From an uncultured Acidobacteriota bacterium (GTDB lineage: Bacteria; Acidobacteriota; Thermoanaerobaculia; Multivoradales; UBA5704), in NCBI GenBank assembly GCA_963770895.1, contig CAVYRF010000002.1, positions 3,424,001 to 3,488,000 on the forward strand: a stretch of 64,000 nucleotides of DNA, written 5' to 3'. The notes beneath the pieces are model-generated. The model was given only the letters and a program-made list of their open reading frames with translations. It was not told where the DNA came from and made no database searches. Shown here piece by piece: positions 31,362 through 41,984 of this stretch (positions are counted from its first letter, which is position 1; each line of letters opens with the position of its first letter). The position numbers were made by a program, and so were the translations under genes.

Positions 31362-33947
31362 ATGGCCTGGATACGCTCTTTCACCTTCGCTGCCGGTTGC
31401 TCCCTCGCTCGGGAATCGGGCGGGCTCGGGAAGCTGCTGCCGGCGGGCCGGGCGGGCCGGATGGTGGTCCTGGCGGCGCTCCTGGGTGTCCTCCCTGCCG
31501 CCGTGCGGGCGCAGAGCTGCGACCGGTCGGGGTGCGGCTTTGCGGCGTGTGCCACCCCGGCGGCGCCGGCACCGGTCAATCTGTGGGGGGCGATCCAGCC
31601 GGCTGACGCCGCGCTGGTGCTGTGCAGTACCAGCGGCCCGGCCTTCTGCCGCGACTCGACGGGGTTCAACGACGCCGTCGATCCCTATCGCGCCTTTCCC
31701 TGGTACATGGGCATCGACGTCCAGAACGGCTACGTGATCACCGGTCTTGCGTACGGGTTGCAGGTCTGGGATGCCCGCACCGCCCCGGCGAATCCGGCGC
31801 CGCTCGGGCAGCTGTCGCTGGCGGACTTCCCGGTGCAGCCCAACAACCCCGAGATCAAGCTGCCGCTGGTGAGCGTGTCGGCTCCCGCCGGCGTCGACAC
31901 CGTGGCTGCCTTGGCCGGTGAGGCCGGCATCGGCCTGGGGGTGATCGATCTTTCCGACAAGGCGCTGCCCCGGCTGGCCTATCAGAGCTACAGCAAGGAG
32001 GGGCAGCAGGTCTACGCCGCGACGTTGAACGGCCGTCAATACGCCTTCCTCGCCACCTCCACCGCCGACGGCCCCGGCGGGGTCTACATCTACGACCTGA
32101 CCCAGGCGGTGCAGTACGACCACTGCACGGAGGCCGTGCCGCTCTCCGGAGCCAGCGTCAACTGTCCCGGCGTCTACCTGGGCCGGCTGGGCAGCCAGCA
32201 GATCGCCTACTACGTCGCGGGCGTGGGCAGCTACGTGGTGCTGTCGAAGGGGTCGAGCGGCGGCTTCGAGATCTGGGACGTGTCGCAGCCCGCTGCCCCG
32301 GTGCTGCGCCTTTCCGGGCTCACCTCGACCGCGGTCTACGGGGTCGCCATGTGGCAGGCGGGCGCCAGCACCTACCTGGCGCTGCGCACCAATACCGACG
32401 GCCAAATCTACGACGTGAGCTGCATCGCCGCCGGCGGCGGCTGCGGCTCCGGCCTGGGGAGCCCGCTCGCCACGCGTTCGCTCGACACCGGCACGGCAAG
32501 CTTCTTCGTCACCTTTTCGCAGAGCGGCGCCACGCCGTTTCTCTACTTCGGCTCGGACGACATCTGCCAAGGCGGCAGCCAGCGGGAGTGGCTGTTCGAC
32601 GTGACCAATCCGGCGAGCCCGCTGGACGTGAGCCCGCCGAACTATTGGGGCTGGTACTACCGCGGCAACTCGACCGGCTTCAACAACGTGATGCCGCGCA
32701 CCGGCAAGTTCGTCGGCGGCACCTTCTATCGCGCCGCGCTGTCGATCCTGGACATCCACAAATGGAACCCGGCCGGCAGCCCGACGCCGAACGTCTTCGT
32801 CAGCGGTCCCGCCTACGGCCAGCCCGGGCAGCTGCTGACCTTCACCGCCACCACGGCGCTCTGCACCCCCAGCCCGTCGGGCTGGAGCTGGAGCGTCCCC
32901 GGCGGATCGATCGCCGGCAGCGCCACGGGCAGCAGCGTGCAGGTGTCCTGGAGCGCCAACGGCCCACAGAGCGTCACCGCGGTCAACTCCGCTTGCGGCA
33001 CCGCCTCCGGCGTGCGCCAGGTCGCCATCGCGCCCGGCGGCGTCATCCTGGTGCCGCAAATCACCTACAGCCCTTCCGCTCCGGCGCCGGGCCAGGCCGT
33101 GACCTTCGACGCCGGCGGCTCCAGCGGCAACCCGACCGACTACCATTGGAGCTTCGGCGACGGCAGGGGCGGCACCGGGCGCACCGCCAGCCACACCTAC
33201 ACCACGGCGGGGACCTACAGCGTGAGGCTCACCATCGCGGCCGCCGGGTCCGGTCCGGCTTGTCCCACCGGCACCTGCACCGCGCAGACCACCACGGTCC
33301 TGGCGGTCGGTTCGACGCCGCCGCCGGACGCCAGCTTCACCACCAACGCCTCCTGCTCCGACCAGTTCGGCTTCCAGCAGTGCCAGGCCCAGGTCGGCGC
33401 GCCGGTTGCGTTCACCGCCACTTCGTCTCAAGCCAACACCTACACCTGGAACTTCGGCGACGGCAGCCAGGCGACCGGGCGCTCGGTGAGCCATGCCTGG
33501 AGCCAGGCCGGTTCCTACACGGTGACACTGACGGCCAGCAACGGCCAGCAGACCGCCGAGCAGACGATGCAGTTCCAGGTCGGCACCGCCGCGTCCGCCT
33601 GCACGGTCAGCGCGACCAACCTCTGTCTGCAGGCCGGCCGCTTCCAGGTGGACGTCGCCTGGACCACGCCGCAAGGCGCCAGCGGCGCCGGCCAGGCGGT
33701 GCCGCTCAGCGACGACACCGGCTACTTCTGGTTCTTCAGCGACACCAACGTCGAGATGGTGCTCAAGATCCTGAACGGCTGCGCCGTGAACCAGAACTTC
33801 TGGGTCTTCGCCGGCGGCCTGACCAACGTGCAGGTCGCCATCACCGTCACCGACACCGCGACCGGCAGCGTCCAGCACTACTCCAACCCGCAGGGGACTG
33901 CCTTCAAACCCATCCAGGACACCGGCGCCTTCGCCACCTGCCAGTGA
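31362..33947 (+). CDS. Secreted PKD-repeat protein with propeller-like N-terminus and conserved-looking C-terminal domain
   Basis: Signal peptide, LVIVD-like repeats, PKD motifs WSFGDG and WNFGDG, and tail LCLQAGRFQV..GYFWFF..WVFAGGLTN. Confidence 0.88.
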   Translation: MAWIRSFTFAAGCSLARESGGLGKLLPAGRAGRMVVLAALLGVLPAAVRAQSCDRSGCGFAACATPAAPAPVNLWGAIQPADAALVLCSTSGPAFCRDSTGFNDAVDPYRAFPWYMGIDVQNGYVITGLAYGLQVWDARTAPANPAPLGQLSLADFPVQPNNPEIKLPLVSVSAPAGVDTVAALAGEAGIGLGVIDLSDKALPRLAYQSYSKEGQQVYAATLNGRQYAFLATSTADGPGGVYIYDLTQAVQYDHCTEAVPLSGASVNCPGVYLGRLGSQQIAYYVAGVGSYVVLSKGSSGGFEIWDVSQPAAPVLRLSGLTSTAVYGVAMWQAGASTYLALRTNTDGQIYDVSCIAAGGGCGSGLGSPLATRSLDTGTASFFVTFSQSGATPFLYFGSDDICQGGSQREWLFDVTNPASPLDVSPPNYWGWYYRGNSTGFNNVMPRTGKFVGGTFYRAALSILDIHKWNPAGSPTPNVFVSGPAYGQPGQLLTFTATTALCTPSPSGWSWSVPGGSIAGSATGSSVQVSWSANGPQSVTAVNSACGTASGVRQVAIAPGGVILVPQITYSPSAPAPGQAVTFDAGGSSGNPTDYHWSFGDGRGGTGRTASHTYTTAGTYSVRLTIAAAGSGPACPTGTCTAQTTTVLAVGSTPPPDASFTTNASCSDQFGFQQCQAQVGAPVAFTATSSQANTYTWNFGDGSQATGRSVSHAWSQAGSYTVTLTASNGQQTAEQTMQFQVGTAASACTVSATNLCLQAGRFQVDVAWTTPQGASGAGQAVPLSDDTGYFWFFSDTNVEMVLKILNGCAVNQNFWVFAGGLTNVQVAITVTDTATGSVQHYSNPQGTAFKPIQDTGAFATCQ

Positions 33948-33952
33948 GCCGG

Positions 33953-34042
33953 GAGTCCCTGGAGGCCTGCCAGCGGGGCGAGGTCGGTCACTCCCTTGCA
34001 GCTCGACAGATCGAGGTTCTGAAGTCTCTGGAGGTTGGATAT
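33953..34042 (-). pseudogene. Leucine-rich-repeat gene fragment
   Basis: ISNLQRLQNLDLSSCKGVTDLAPLAGLQGL fits the LxxLxLxxC consensus, but there is no intact surrounding gene. Confidence 0.5.
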
Positions 34043-34262
34043 GGAGCGAGCTTCCTCAATCCGCAATCCGCCGCTCCGCCTCGGCCAGCTTTGTTTCCAC
34101 GATGCACGCATCTTAGCAAAATGAACTGGGGCCGTCGGTCGCCGCGTAGATGGGCGCAATGACAGAGGGCTTGCGTCACCTATGCGATCGGCGCTCCATC
34201 CTTTCGAGCCGAGATGGGTGATGGCGCCGTCAGAGGGTAGCGGCAGCGCTGGTGCGGTGCCG

Positions 34263-36047
34263 TCAGGGGTGCGGGGGCGTTCCTGGGCCGGGGGCCAGGT
34301 TGACCTGCTGCTCCGCTACGGGGAGCGGTGCGATCTGGCCGCTGCCTTTGGCGGCGACGGAGATCAGGTGACGGCCTGGTGGGATGCTGGCGGCGGGGAG
34401 GGTGGCGCGAAAGCCGGAGCTGGGCGGTTCCCCTGGGTCGTTGGCCGCCGGCGAGCGGTCGATGAAGCGAACCTGGGCCGGCACGCGGGTGCCGTCCACG
34501 TCGATCTCGAGCTCACGCGGCGGCACACCGTCGACGGTCGCCCATCCTTCTACCAGCAGCGGGTTGCCGGCGATCAGGGGCGCGGCGCCGCCGTTTGGCT
34601 GAGCGGGCGGGCCGCCGGCTGGCGCGATGCGGTCGATGGCGCCCCAGGCGCCGGTGTGGCGGTTCCAGAAGGCGAAGGCTGGATCGGGCCGGGCCAGGTT
34701 GTGCCTCAGCTCGACCAGGAAGGGGGTGTTGTCGAGATTCCAGGCGGCGTACATCGGACTGTGCCCGGGCACGATCTTGCGCAGCTTGAGATCGCTGGCG
34801 CCGATGTACCAGAAGGCGCCGATCGCCTGGATCGCCACGGCGGCAAGGACGCCGGCGGCGAACAGCGTGCGGCCGGGGGTGCGCAGCGTATCGAGCGCCG
34901 GCGGCAGCAGCCATACCAGGAGGGGCAGCAGGTCGGTGAGGAAGCGCGGCCCCCAGGACATGCCGGCGCGCCAATCGGTGTTGGCGTACAGCATCAGCTG
35001 GCCCAGCGCCGCTGCGCCGATCGCCAGGGTCAGGCGGCGCGGTCCCGGATCGGCATCGCGCAGGCCGCGGCGGACGGCTGGAAAGACCAGCAGCAGGAAC
35101 GGCGAGTAGACGAACAGACCGCGCGCCGGGCTGACCAGGAGCCCCGCGATGCCGCCCCACCAGTCGGCGTTGTTGAAGACCGCGTGGCTTGGGATGAGGG
35201 CGTAGGCGCCGAAGAGGCTGCCCACCCACCCCAGGTTGTAGACCAGGAGGAGGCCGAGCGGCAGCGCCCCACCCGCCAGCAGCCATCGCCAGCGCGGCCC
35301 CGTCCACCAGAGCGCATGGAGGCCGAGCGCCGCCGCCAGGATCGCGTCGGGTGGGCGGTTGGCGACCAGCAGCGCGCAGAGCGCTCCCAGCGCTGCGGCG
35401 CCACGCCGCCCGCTGCAAGGCTCGCTCAGCAGATAGAGCGCCCCGACCACCAGCAGCTCGGCCATCCCATGTTGCCAGAGCGCCTGGCTGCCGATCATCC
35501 AGGTGTCGGTGCCGAAGGCGAAGGCCAGCGCCAGCAGCAGCGCGCTCCAGCGCCGCGCCCGCCGCCGCAGCACCTGGTAAAAGAGCGCCACGGCCACCGC
35601 CGCCACCAGCGACGCCGACAGCTTTTCCATCAACGCCGCCACCCGCCGCAGCCGCCGCTCCGTCCAGCCGCGCAGGTCGAGGTAGGTCACCGCCGGCGCA
35701 TAGAGGGGCGCCACCGCCAGCGGCACTACGATCGGATAGAGCGACACCAGGTTCCAGTTGCGCCCCTGGGTGATCCAGTAGTGGTTGATGGCGTGACGCT
35801 CCAGGGTCGGCCGCTGGATCGGATTGAGCAGCACGCTCCCATAGCGCCAGATCCCGAACGGCAGGTAGCGCGCCGGCAGCGTGTCGCCGGCGCCGATGCA
35901 GCGCAAATTCGCGTTGTAGACCAAAAGACACAGGAGCAACAGCAGGGCGCTCGTCCGCCACTCGCGCCGATCGGTGCGGTCGAAGCCATCGCGCGCCTCG
36001 CGCCCGTCGCGCTCGGTGGGGATGGCGCCATGCGGTGTTGGCGGCAT
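34263..36047 (-). CDS. Polytopic membrane glycosyltransferase-like protein (GT-C type) with C-terminal Ig-like domain
   Basis: Many TM helices, with GDTLP, SQALWQHG, RGLFVYSP and WGPRFL. Confidence 0.7.
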   Translation of the reverse strand: MPPTPHGAIPTERDGREARDGFDRTDRREWRTSALLLLLCLLVYNANLRCIGAGDTLPARYLPFGIWRYGSVLLNPIQRPTLERHAINHYWITQGRNWNLVSLYPIVVPLAVAPLYAPAVTYLDLRGWTERRLRRVAALMEKLSASLVAAVAVALFYQVLRRRARRWSALLLALAFAFGTDTWMIGSQALWQHGMAELLVVGALYLLSEPCSGRRGAAALGALCALLVANRPPDAILAAALGLHALWWTGPRWRWLLAGGALPLGLLLVYNLGWVGSLFGAYALIPSHAVFNNADWWGGIAGLLVSPARGLFVYSPFLLLVFPAVRRGLRDADPGPRRLTLAIGAAALGQLMLYANTDWRAGMSWGPRFLTDLLPLLVWLLPPALDTLRTPGRTLFAAGVLAAVAIQAIGAFWYIGASDLKLRKIVPGHSPMYAAWNLDNTPFLVELRHNLARPDPAFAFWNRHTGAWGAIDRIAPAGGPPAQPNGGAAPLIAGNPLLVEGWATVDGVPPRELEIDVDGTRVPAQVRFIDRSPAANDPGEPPSSGFRATLPAASIPPGRHLISVAAKGSGQIAPLPVAEQQVNLAPGPGTPPHP

Positions 36048-36056
36048 TGGCTAGGT

Positions 36057-39000
36057 CTACGGCGGTGCGCCGGCCAGTGTCACGTTCCTGACGTTGCCAT
36101 CCGGGGAGCGGCCGAGCAGCAGCGAGAAGGGGTCGATGCCTGCTTTTTCCGGCAGCTCGGCGGTCGCGAAGGTGAAGGTCGACAGGCGTTGGGAGATGTG
36201 CACGCGCTGGCGGTAGAGGGTGCCGCCGTACTGCGCGCCCGCCGCGGGCTTGCGGAAGGCGCCGAGGTCGATCCAGTCGTCCACCGGCACCTCGGTCTCC
36301 TTGCCGGCGCCATCCGCCTTGAACTTGCGCACTTCGACTTGCAGGGTGACGTCGTATCGCCCGTCGCTGCGGCGGGTCGCGGTGGCGGCCAAAGTGCGGT
36401 TCGCAAACAGGGTGATGTCGGCGAAGAGGTCCTGGAGCAGGTAGCGCCGGTCGGGCGGCGTCTCCTCGCGCAGGGCGTCGACCAGGGCGTAGGAGGTGGG
36501 GTAGGGCGGCGGCGCGTAGGCGTATTTTTCGACCAGCTTGCGCAGGGCGCGATTGACCGCCTCTTCGCCGATCGCCTCTTTCATCGCATAGAGCGCCACC
36601 GCGCCCTTTTGATAGAACACGTAGAACTGGCGGAGCTCGACCCGGAGGAGGGGCCGCTCGCGCAGCCTTTCCTGGCCGCGAGCGCTGAGGTATAGATCCT
36701 GCTCGTAACGCAGGAGCTTGCGCATCATGCCGCGGCCGTACTCCTTTTCCATCACCATCAAGGCGGAGTATTGCGCCAGGGTTTCGGACAGGAGCGTCGC
36801 ACCCTCCATGTCGGCGCCGATGACCTGTTCGTCCCACCACTGGTGCGCCGTCTCGTGCGCCACGACGAAGAAAACCGTATCGATGTCGCCTGGCTGGTTG
36901 CGATCGGCGATGAAGCCCAGGCCCTCCGAAAAGGGCATGCTGCCGGCGAAGGCCGCGGCAAAGCCGGCGACGCGGGGGAACTCGACGATGCGCGCCTGCT
37001 TGTGCCGGTAGGGCCCGAAGTTTTGCGAGCAGTAGTCGAGCGCCTTGCGCATGCCGTTCATCATCCGCCCGACGTTCCAGGGGTGCTCCTTGAGGTGGTA
37101 GACCTCGAGCTTGACGCCGTGCCACTCCTCGCGAGCGACCTCGTAGCGGGCCGCGGCGAAAAAGTAGAGATTCATCGAGGGGTGGTCGAGCCGGTAGGCG
37201 AAATAGCGGCGGCCGCCCTGCTGCCATTGCCCCACGAGCGACCCCGGAGCCACCGCGATCTGGTCGGGCGGCGTGCTGATGACGGCGCCGATGTCCACCC
37301 AATCGGCGTGGCCGGGAATGTAGGTGTCGCGGCAGCGGGCTGTGCAGTCCCGTTCCAGCGGCGGCATGAGGTCGACCTCGCGCAGGCCGTATCTCTTGCG
37401 GGTTGCGGCGTCGGTGAGCTCACGCCACGAGTCATAGCCGAGGACCGGGGCCAGGTAGTTGGCGCCGGTGACGAGCGAGCCCAGGTTGCTCAGGAAGGTG
37501 CCGTTCTCCACGATCTGCGCGTTGCTGAGCTCATTTTCGAATCCGCGATGTCTGCTCTGCACGGTGAAGCGCAGGGTGCGCAGTTCGCCGGGCGCCAGGG
37601 GGACGGCGAAGCGGTAGCGGCGGAAGGAGAGCCGCCGGTCGTCGTCGACCAACACCGCCCCCGGCAGGGAGATCGCCGTCTCGTAGCGCCGGTCGAGGGA
37701 AAAGTGCACCTCCGTCAGGGGGTAGGGATACGGATTGGCGATGAGCTCTTCGCCGCGAATTTCCACCCGGCGGCTGGCGGGGAACAGATCGATCGCGTAG
37801 CTGACGCTGCGCACGCGCGGCTCGGGCCGGCCGGCGAGCGGTTTGTAGGCTTTTTCATAGTCCGCCTGGAGCCGCTCGGCGTCCCGCGGTCCCAGCAGGG
37901 GGTTGAGGATCGCCGTGTCGTACCAGATGAAGCTGCCGCTTGCTGCCACGCCGAGCCCGCAGACGGCGGTCGCCGCCCGCCATCGCGGGCCGTATCGCCG
38001 GCGCGCGCTGTCGAGCCGCAGGCGCCAGGGTTCTGACCTGCCGCGCGGCCAGAACATCACTGTCGCGATGGCGAGGAGGGCGGCCCAGAGCAGCCAATAG
38101 AGCGTGAACCAGTTCCAGGCCAGCCGGTAGGGCGCGTCGCCGAAGAAGTCCGAATTGACGACCTTGGGCCTGCTGGCAAACTGCGCCAGGTGGGTCGCCA
38201 CGTCGAGCGCCGGCCAGAGGTAGGTATTGACCACATAGACGGCGATGAAAGCGACGTAACCAACGTACTTGTTGGGCGCCAGGACGTGGATGAAGAGCGC
38301 CAGAACCGCAAGGCACACGATGCCCGAGGCGTCGCGCAGAAAGAGCTCGTGCGCATAGAGACCCAGCTGGAAGCGGTAGTAGCCGTGCAGCGCCTGGGAA
38401 GCGATGCCCGCGATGAGCGCCACGGCCTGGATCGACATCACCATGCCGACCAGGGTGACCAGCCGGGCGGCATAGGACACCACCTCCGGCGTCGGCGTGG
38501 CGTCCAGGATGGCGTCCATTCGGTCGTCGCGGTCCTTCCACACCAGGGCACCGGAAAAATAGGTGATGATGACCAGCAGAAACAGGTCGATGGCCTGGCG
38601 GACGATCTCGATAACCTGATAGGTGACGGGCAGGACCCGATAGGTTTCGTTGCTCTGCAACTGCGTCGCCGGCTCGGCCAGGGCCAGGGCGCAAAGGCTG
38701 CAACCGATCGTCGCGATGACCACGAAGGCGGTGTTTTTCGCCATGCCCCGGAAGTGCAGCGTGCAGGAGCCCCAGAAGCGCGGCCACAGCGCCGCCGTGA
38801 GGCGCGGCCGCGGCGCTTCGTGGTCAGCCGGACCGGTTTGCGGTGCGGCGTCCGCGGCCGGCGCGCCGCGCTTTGCCGGGCGCTCGACGGTGCTGAAGCG
38901 GGCGTACGCCAGCGCCAAGGCGGCGCCCCCCACCGCGATCCAGACGCCGCGATTGAGCAGCAGCGGCCCGCCGAGGGCGATGGCCAGCGTCTTCTTGTCG

Positions 39001-39677
39001 GCCACCGTCCAGTACTTGGTGGCGAGGGCAAACGCCCGCACGCCGAAGGGGTCGAGCAGCGCCCGCAGGTTTTCCCAGCGCAGGTCCTGAAAGAGGCTGC
39101 CGGCCAGGGCGCGGCTGGTGAAGAGCGCGATGGCGGCGGCAAAGGATGCCAGCTCGCGGCGCCCCAGGACGGCGGCGGCAAAGAGCAGCGCGGCGCTGAC
39201 GAAGGTGTCGGGCAGGGCGAAAAGCGCAAAGGCCGTCGCATGCGCCTGCCAGTTGACCGCCCCCCAACGCTCGGGATCCACCCATGGCATGTGCTGGGCA
39301 AGGAGGATGCCGCACGAGACGCCGAGCATGGGGATCAGCGAAACCACGGTGGCGCCCACGAAGCGTCCCACCAGGAGGTCGCGCCGCCGCACGGGGGTTG
39401 AGAAGATCAGCGGCTGGGTGTTGTAGGCGAAGTCGCGCAACGCCGCATAGTTGATAAAAATGGCCGTCATGAGGAGAGTGAACATCCCCGCGGCGGCATA
39501 GGCGAAGGCGATGGCGAACGGCGCGTTGCGATAGGTATTGGCAAGACCGAGCTCCGCCATGACCTCGTCGGAGCTGCAGGCGCCACAGATCAGGAGGCCG
39601 ACCGTTAGCAGGCAGGCCCATAACAGGACGGAGCGGAGCCAGAAGCGAATCTCGAACCAGGCGACGCCCCAGAGCAT
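36057..39677 (-). CDS. ABC-2 permease / M1 aminopeptidase fusion
   Basis: Two permease repeats, then HETAHQWW...ETLAQYS and YQKG. Confidence 0.9.
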   Translation of the reverse strand: MLWGVAWFEIRFWLRSVLLWACLLTVGLLICGACSSDEVMAELGLANTYRNAPFAIAFAYAAAGMFTLLMTAIFINYAALRDFAYNTQPLIFSTPVRRRDLLVGRFVGATVVSLIPMLGVSCGILLAQHMPWVDPERWGAVNWQAHATAFALFALPDTFVSAALLFAAAVLGRRELASFAAAIALFTSRALAGSLFQDLRWENLRALLDPFGVRAFALATKYWTVADKKTLAIALGGPLLLNRGVWIAVGGAALALAYARFSTVERPAKRGAPAADAAPQTGPADHEAPRPRLTAALWPRFWGSCTLHFRGMAKNTAFVVIATIGCSLCALALAEPATQLQSNETYRVLPVTYQVIEIVRQAIDLFLLVIITYFSGALVWKDRDDRMDAILDATPTPEVVSYAARLVTLVGMVMSIQAVALIAGIASQALHGYYRFQLGLYAHELFLRDASGIVCLAVLALFIHVLAPNKYVGYVAFIAVYVVNTYLWPALDVATHLAQFASRPKVVNSDFFGDAPYRLAWNWFTLYWLLWAALLAIATVMFWPRGRSEPWRLRLDSARRRYGPRWRAATAVCGLGVAASGSFIWYDTAILNPLLGPRDAERLQADYEKAYKPLAGRPEPRVRSVSYAIDLFPASRRVEIRGEELIANPYPYPLTEVHFSLDRRYETAISLPGAVLVDDDRRLSFRRYRFAVPLAPGELRTLRFTVQSRHRGFENELSNAQIVENGTFLSNLGSLVTGANYLAPVLGYDSWRELTDAATRKRYGLREVDLMPPLERDCTARCRDTYIPGHADWVDIGAVISTPPDQIAVAPGSLVGQWQQGGRRYFAYRLDHPSMNLYFFAAARYEVAREEWHGVKLEVYHLKEHPWNVGRMMNGMRKALDYCSQNFGPYRHKQARIVEFPRVAGFAAAFAGSMPFSEGLGFIADRNQPGDIDTVFFVVAHETAHQWWDEQVIGADMEGATLLSETLAQYSALMVMEKEYGRGMMRKLLRYEQDLYLSARGQERLRERPLLRVELRQFYVFYQKGAVALYAMKEAIGEEAVNRALRKLVEKYAYAPPPYPTSYALVDALREETPPDRRYLLQDLFADITLFANRTLAATATRRSDGRYDVTLQVEVRKFKADGAGKETEVPVDDWIDLGAFRKPAAGAQYGGTLYRQRVHISQRLSTFTFATAELPEKAGIDPFSLLLGRSPDGNVRNVTLAGAPP

Positions 39678-39686
39678 GGAACCCGG

Positions 39687-40574
39687 CTAATTCCGCGCGC
39701 GGATGGCGGTGAAGAAGACGTCTTCGAGGTCTGGCGCGCAGGGGGTGAACCCGTCGCCGGGAGGCGAGTCGCTATGGACGTGCAGCAGGCGGCGGCCGGC
39801 GACCAGGCGGCTCGAAACGACCTGGTAGCGACTCTCGTAGGGGGCGAGCTCGCTGTTGGCGATCGAGATCTGCCAGATTTTTCCCGCCAGTTGGGCGATT
39901 GCATCCTGGGGGCGTCCCTGGTAGAGCACCTGGCCCCGGTGGAGGATCGCCGTCTTGGTGCACAGGTCCGTGACGTCCTCGACGATGTGGGTCGAAAGAA
40001 TCACGATCACCTGCTCGCCGATCTCGGCCAGGAGATTGTAGAAACGGTTGCGTTCGCCGGGGTCCAGCCCCGCGGTCGGCTCGTCGACGATGAGCAGCTG
40101 CGGGTTGCCGATGAGGGCCTGGGCGATGCCGAAGCGCTGGCGCATGCCGCCGGAGAAGCCGGTGAGCGCCTGCTTGCGGTGGTCGTATAGATTGCAGCGC
40201 TTGAGGAGCCAGGCGACGACCTCGCGCCGCTGCCTGGCGTTGGTGACGCCCTTGAGCAAGGCGATGTGGCCGAGCAGGTCCTGGGCCGAGGTGCGGGGGT
40301 AGACGCCGAAATCCTGCGGCAGGTAGCCGAGCCTCCGCCGCACTTCGTCCTTGCTCGCCAGGACGTCGACGTCGCCGAGCGCGATCGTGCCGCAGTCGGG
40401 CTCCTGCAGGGTGGCGAGCGTTCGCATCAGGGTGGACTTGCCGGCGCCGTTCGGACCGAGAAGCCCGAACATGCCGCTCGGGATGGTCAGCGAAACGTCG
40501 TCCAGGGCCTTGACCCCGTTGCCGTAGGTCTTCGAGAGGTGCGCGATGCGCAGCTCGATGTTCGCCGCGGCCAT
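39687..40574 (-). CDS. ABC transporter ATP-binding protein
   Basis: GPNGAGKST, FSGGMRQ and IVDEPT. Confidence 0.93.
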   Translation of the reverse strand: MAAANIELRIAHLSKTYGNGVKALDDVSLTIPSGMFGLLGPNGAGKSTLMRTLATLQEPDCGTIALGDVDVLASKDEVRRRLGYLPQDFGVYPRTSAQDLLGHIALLKGVTNARQRREVVAWLLKRCNLYDHRKQALTGFSGGMRQRFGIAQALIGNPQLLIVDEPTAGLDPGERNRFYNLLAEIGEQVIVILSTHIVEDVTDLCTKTAILHRGQVLYQGRPQDAIAQLAGKIWQISIANSELAPYESRYQVVSSRLVAGRRLLHVHSDSPPGDGFTPCAPDLEDVFFTAIRARN

Positions 40575-40728
40575 GAGTCGCTCTCCTGCTGCGGGATGTC
40601 CGTTGCGGTCGTCGTCGTGGCGGTTGCCGGGCCCAACGCCGCCCGCAAGGCGGGATGCTGTCCATACGCGCCGCGGCGGTGGTTGTTTCCGCGGCGCTGG
40701 GCGCCGCGGAGGCTGGAAGGGCGTACCC

Positions 40729-41889
40729 TTACGGGGCCGCGGCAGAGCCTGCGGGCGGCAGGTCGGCACCGGTGGCGAGGCCGCGGCCGGAGGCCAGGTA
40801 GACGGCGAAGCTGCCCAGCCAGTGGCCGCCCTCGTAGTGGGCGCCGGTCACGGCCGCCAGCCCGGCGGCGCGGTGCAGGGCGGCGGCGGCGCGCAGGGCG
40901 GGGAGGTGCGGGTCGCCGGCGGGAAGCGCGGTGGCGATGCCTTCGAGCATCCAGGCGCGCGACAGGTTGAGCCCGTCGAGGTGCGCCAGCTTGCCGTCGG
41001 TGGGATCGGTGACGACGCCGATCGGCAGCCAGTCGCCCGCCGCGGGGCCGGCGACCGGGATGGCCGGCAGGAAGCGGCCCAGCCAGGGGGCGAAGGCGGG
41101 CGGCGGCAGGATGCGGCGCATCAGGTCCGCCTCTGCCAGGCACGGCGAAAGGAAGTCTTCGCCCGAGGGTTCGTAGGCCAGCGGGCAGGCCTGGTCGTTG
41201 CCGTAGAGCTCCTGGGCTCGCCGCGCGAAGAGCGCCTCCGCCGCGGGGTCGCCCACGGTGCGCGCCCAATCGAGCGCCAGGCCGAGCGAAAAAGCGGTCT
41301 GGTTGTGCTCGCCGATGCGCACCGGGTGGGTGAGCTTGGGCAGCCACGCGGTCATCCGCGCCGCGACCGCCTGGGCGAGCGGCGAGACGGCCCTGGCCCA
41401 GCGCTCACCTTGCGGGTCGTGCCATTCGTGCAGCTCGGCGTCCAGCTGGAGCAGCCAGGCCAGGCCGTAGGGGCGCTCGAAGGTCTCGCGGCCGGCGGCC
41501 GTCAGGTAGGCCGTCTCCGCCGCCAGGTTGTCAGGCGTCAAGTGCCGGTCGAGGGCGGCGCGCACCCGCGCGGCGAACGGCGCGCCGGGGAACAGGCGCA
41601 GCAGGCGCACCAGCAGCCAGTGGCCATGGACAGCCGAATGCCAGTCGTAGCAGCCGAAAAAGGCCGGCGTCAGCTGGCGGGGTGGGCGGACGTCGGCATC
41701 CGAAGCCAGCGCGTGGGAGATCTTGTTGGGGTACTCCCGGTCGACACAGGCCAGGGCCAGGTCCGCGAACCGCTCGGCGGCGGCAGCGTCGAACGACGCC
41801 GCGGGCACCGCGGGCGCCGCGGCAACCGGCGCCGCCTGTGCAGCCGGCGGCACCGCCAGAACCATTCCCAGGAGCACGCCCGCGATCAC
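40729..41889 (-). CDS. DUF2891 family protein
   Basis: REYPNK, FFGCYDWHSAVHGHW, FERPYG and HLDGLNLSRAW. Confidence 0.88.
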   Translation of the reverse strand: MIAGVLLGMVLAVPPAAQAAPVAAAPAVPAASFDAAAAERFADLALACVDREYPNKISHALASDADVRPPRQLTPAFFGCYDWHSAVHGHWLLVRLLRLFPGAPFAARVRAALDRHLTPDNLAAETAYLTAAGRETFERPYGLAWLLQLDAELHEWHDPQGERWARAVSPLAQAVAARMTAWLPKLTHPVRIGEHNQTAFSLGLALDWARTVGDPAAEALFARRAQELYGNDQACPLAYEPSGEDFLSPCLAEADLMRRILPPPAFAPWLGRFLPAIPVAGPAAGDWLPIGVVTDPTDGKLAHLDGLNLSRAWMLEGIATALPAGDPHLPALRAAAALHRAAGLAAVTGAHYEGGHWLGSFAVYLASGRGLATGADLPPAGSAAAP

Positions 41890-41984
41890 CGGCCGATGCT
41901 ATCACCGGCCCAGGCGCGCCGGCCTCACGGCGCCGCCGGGCCGGGCGGCTTCCGGCAGCGGCGGCGGGGGGCGGATGGACTGGT

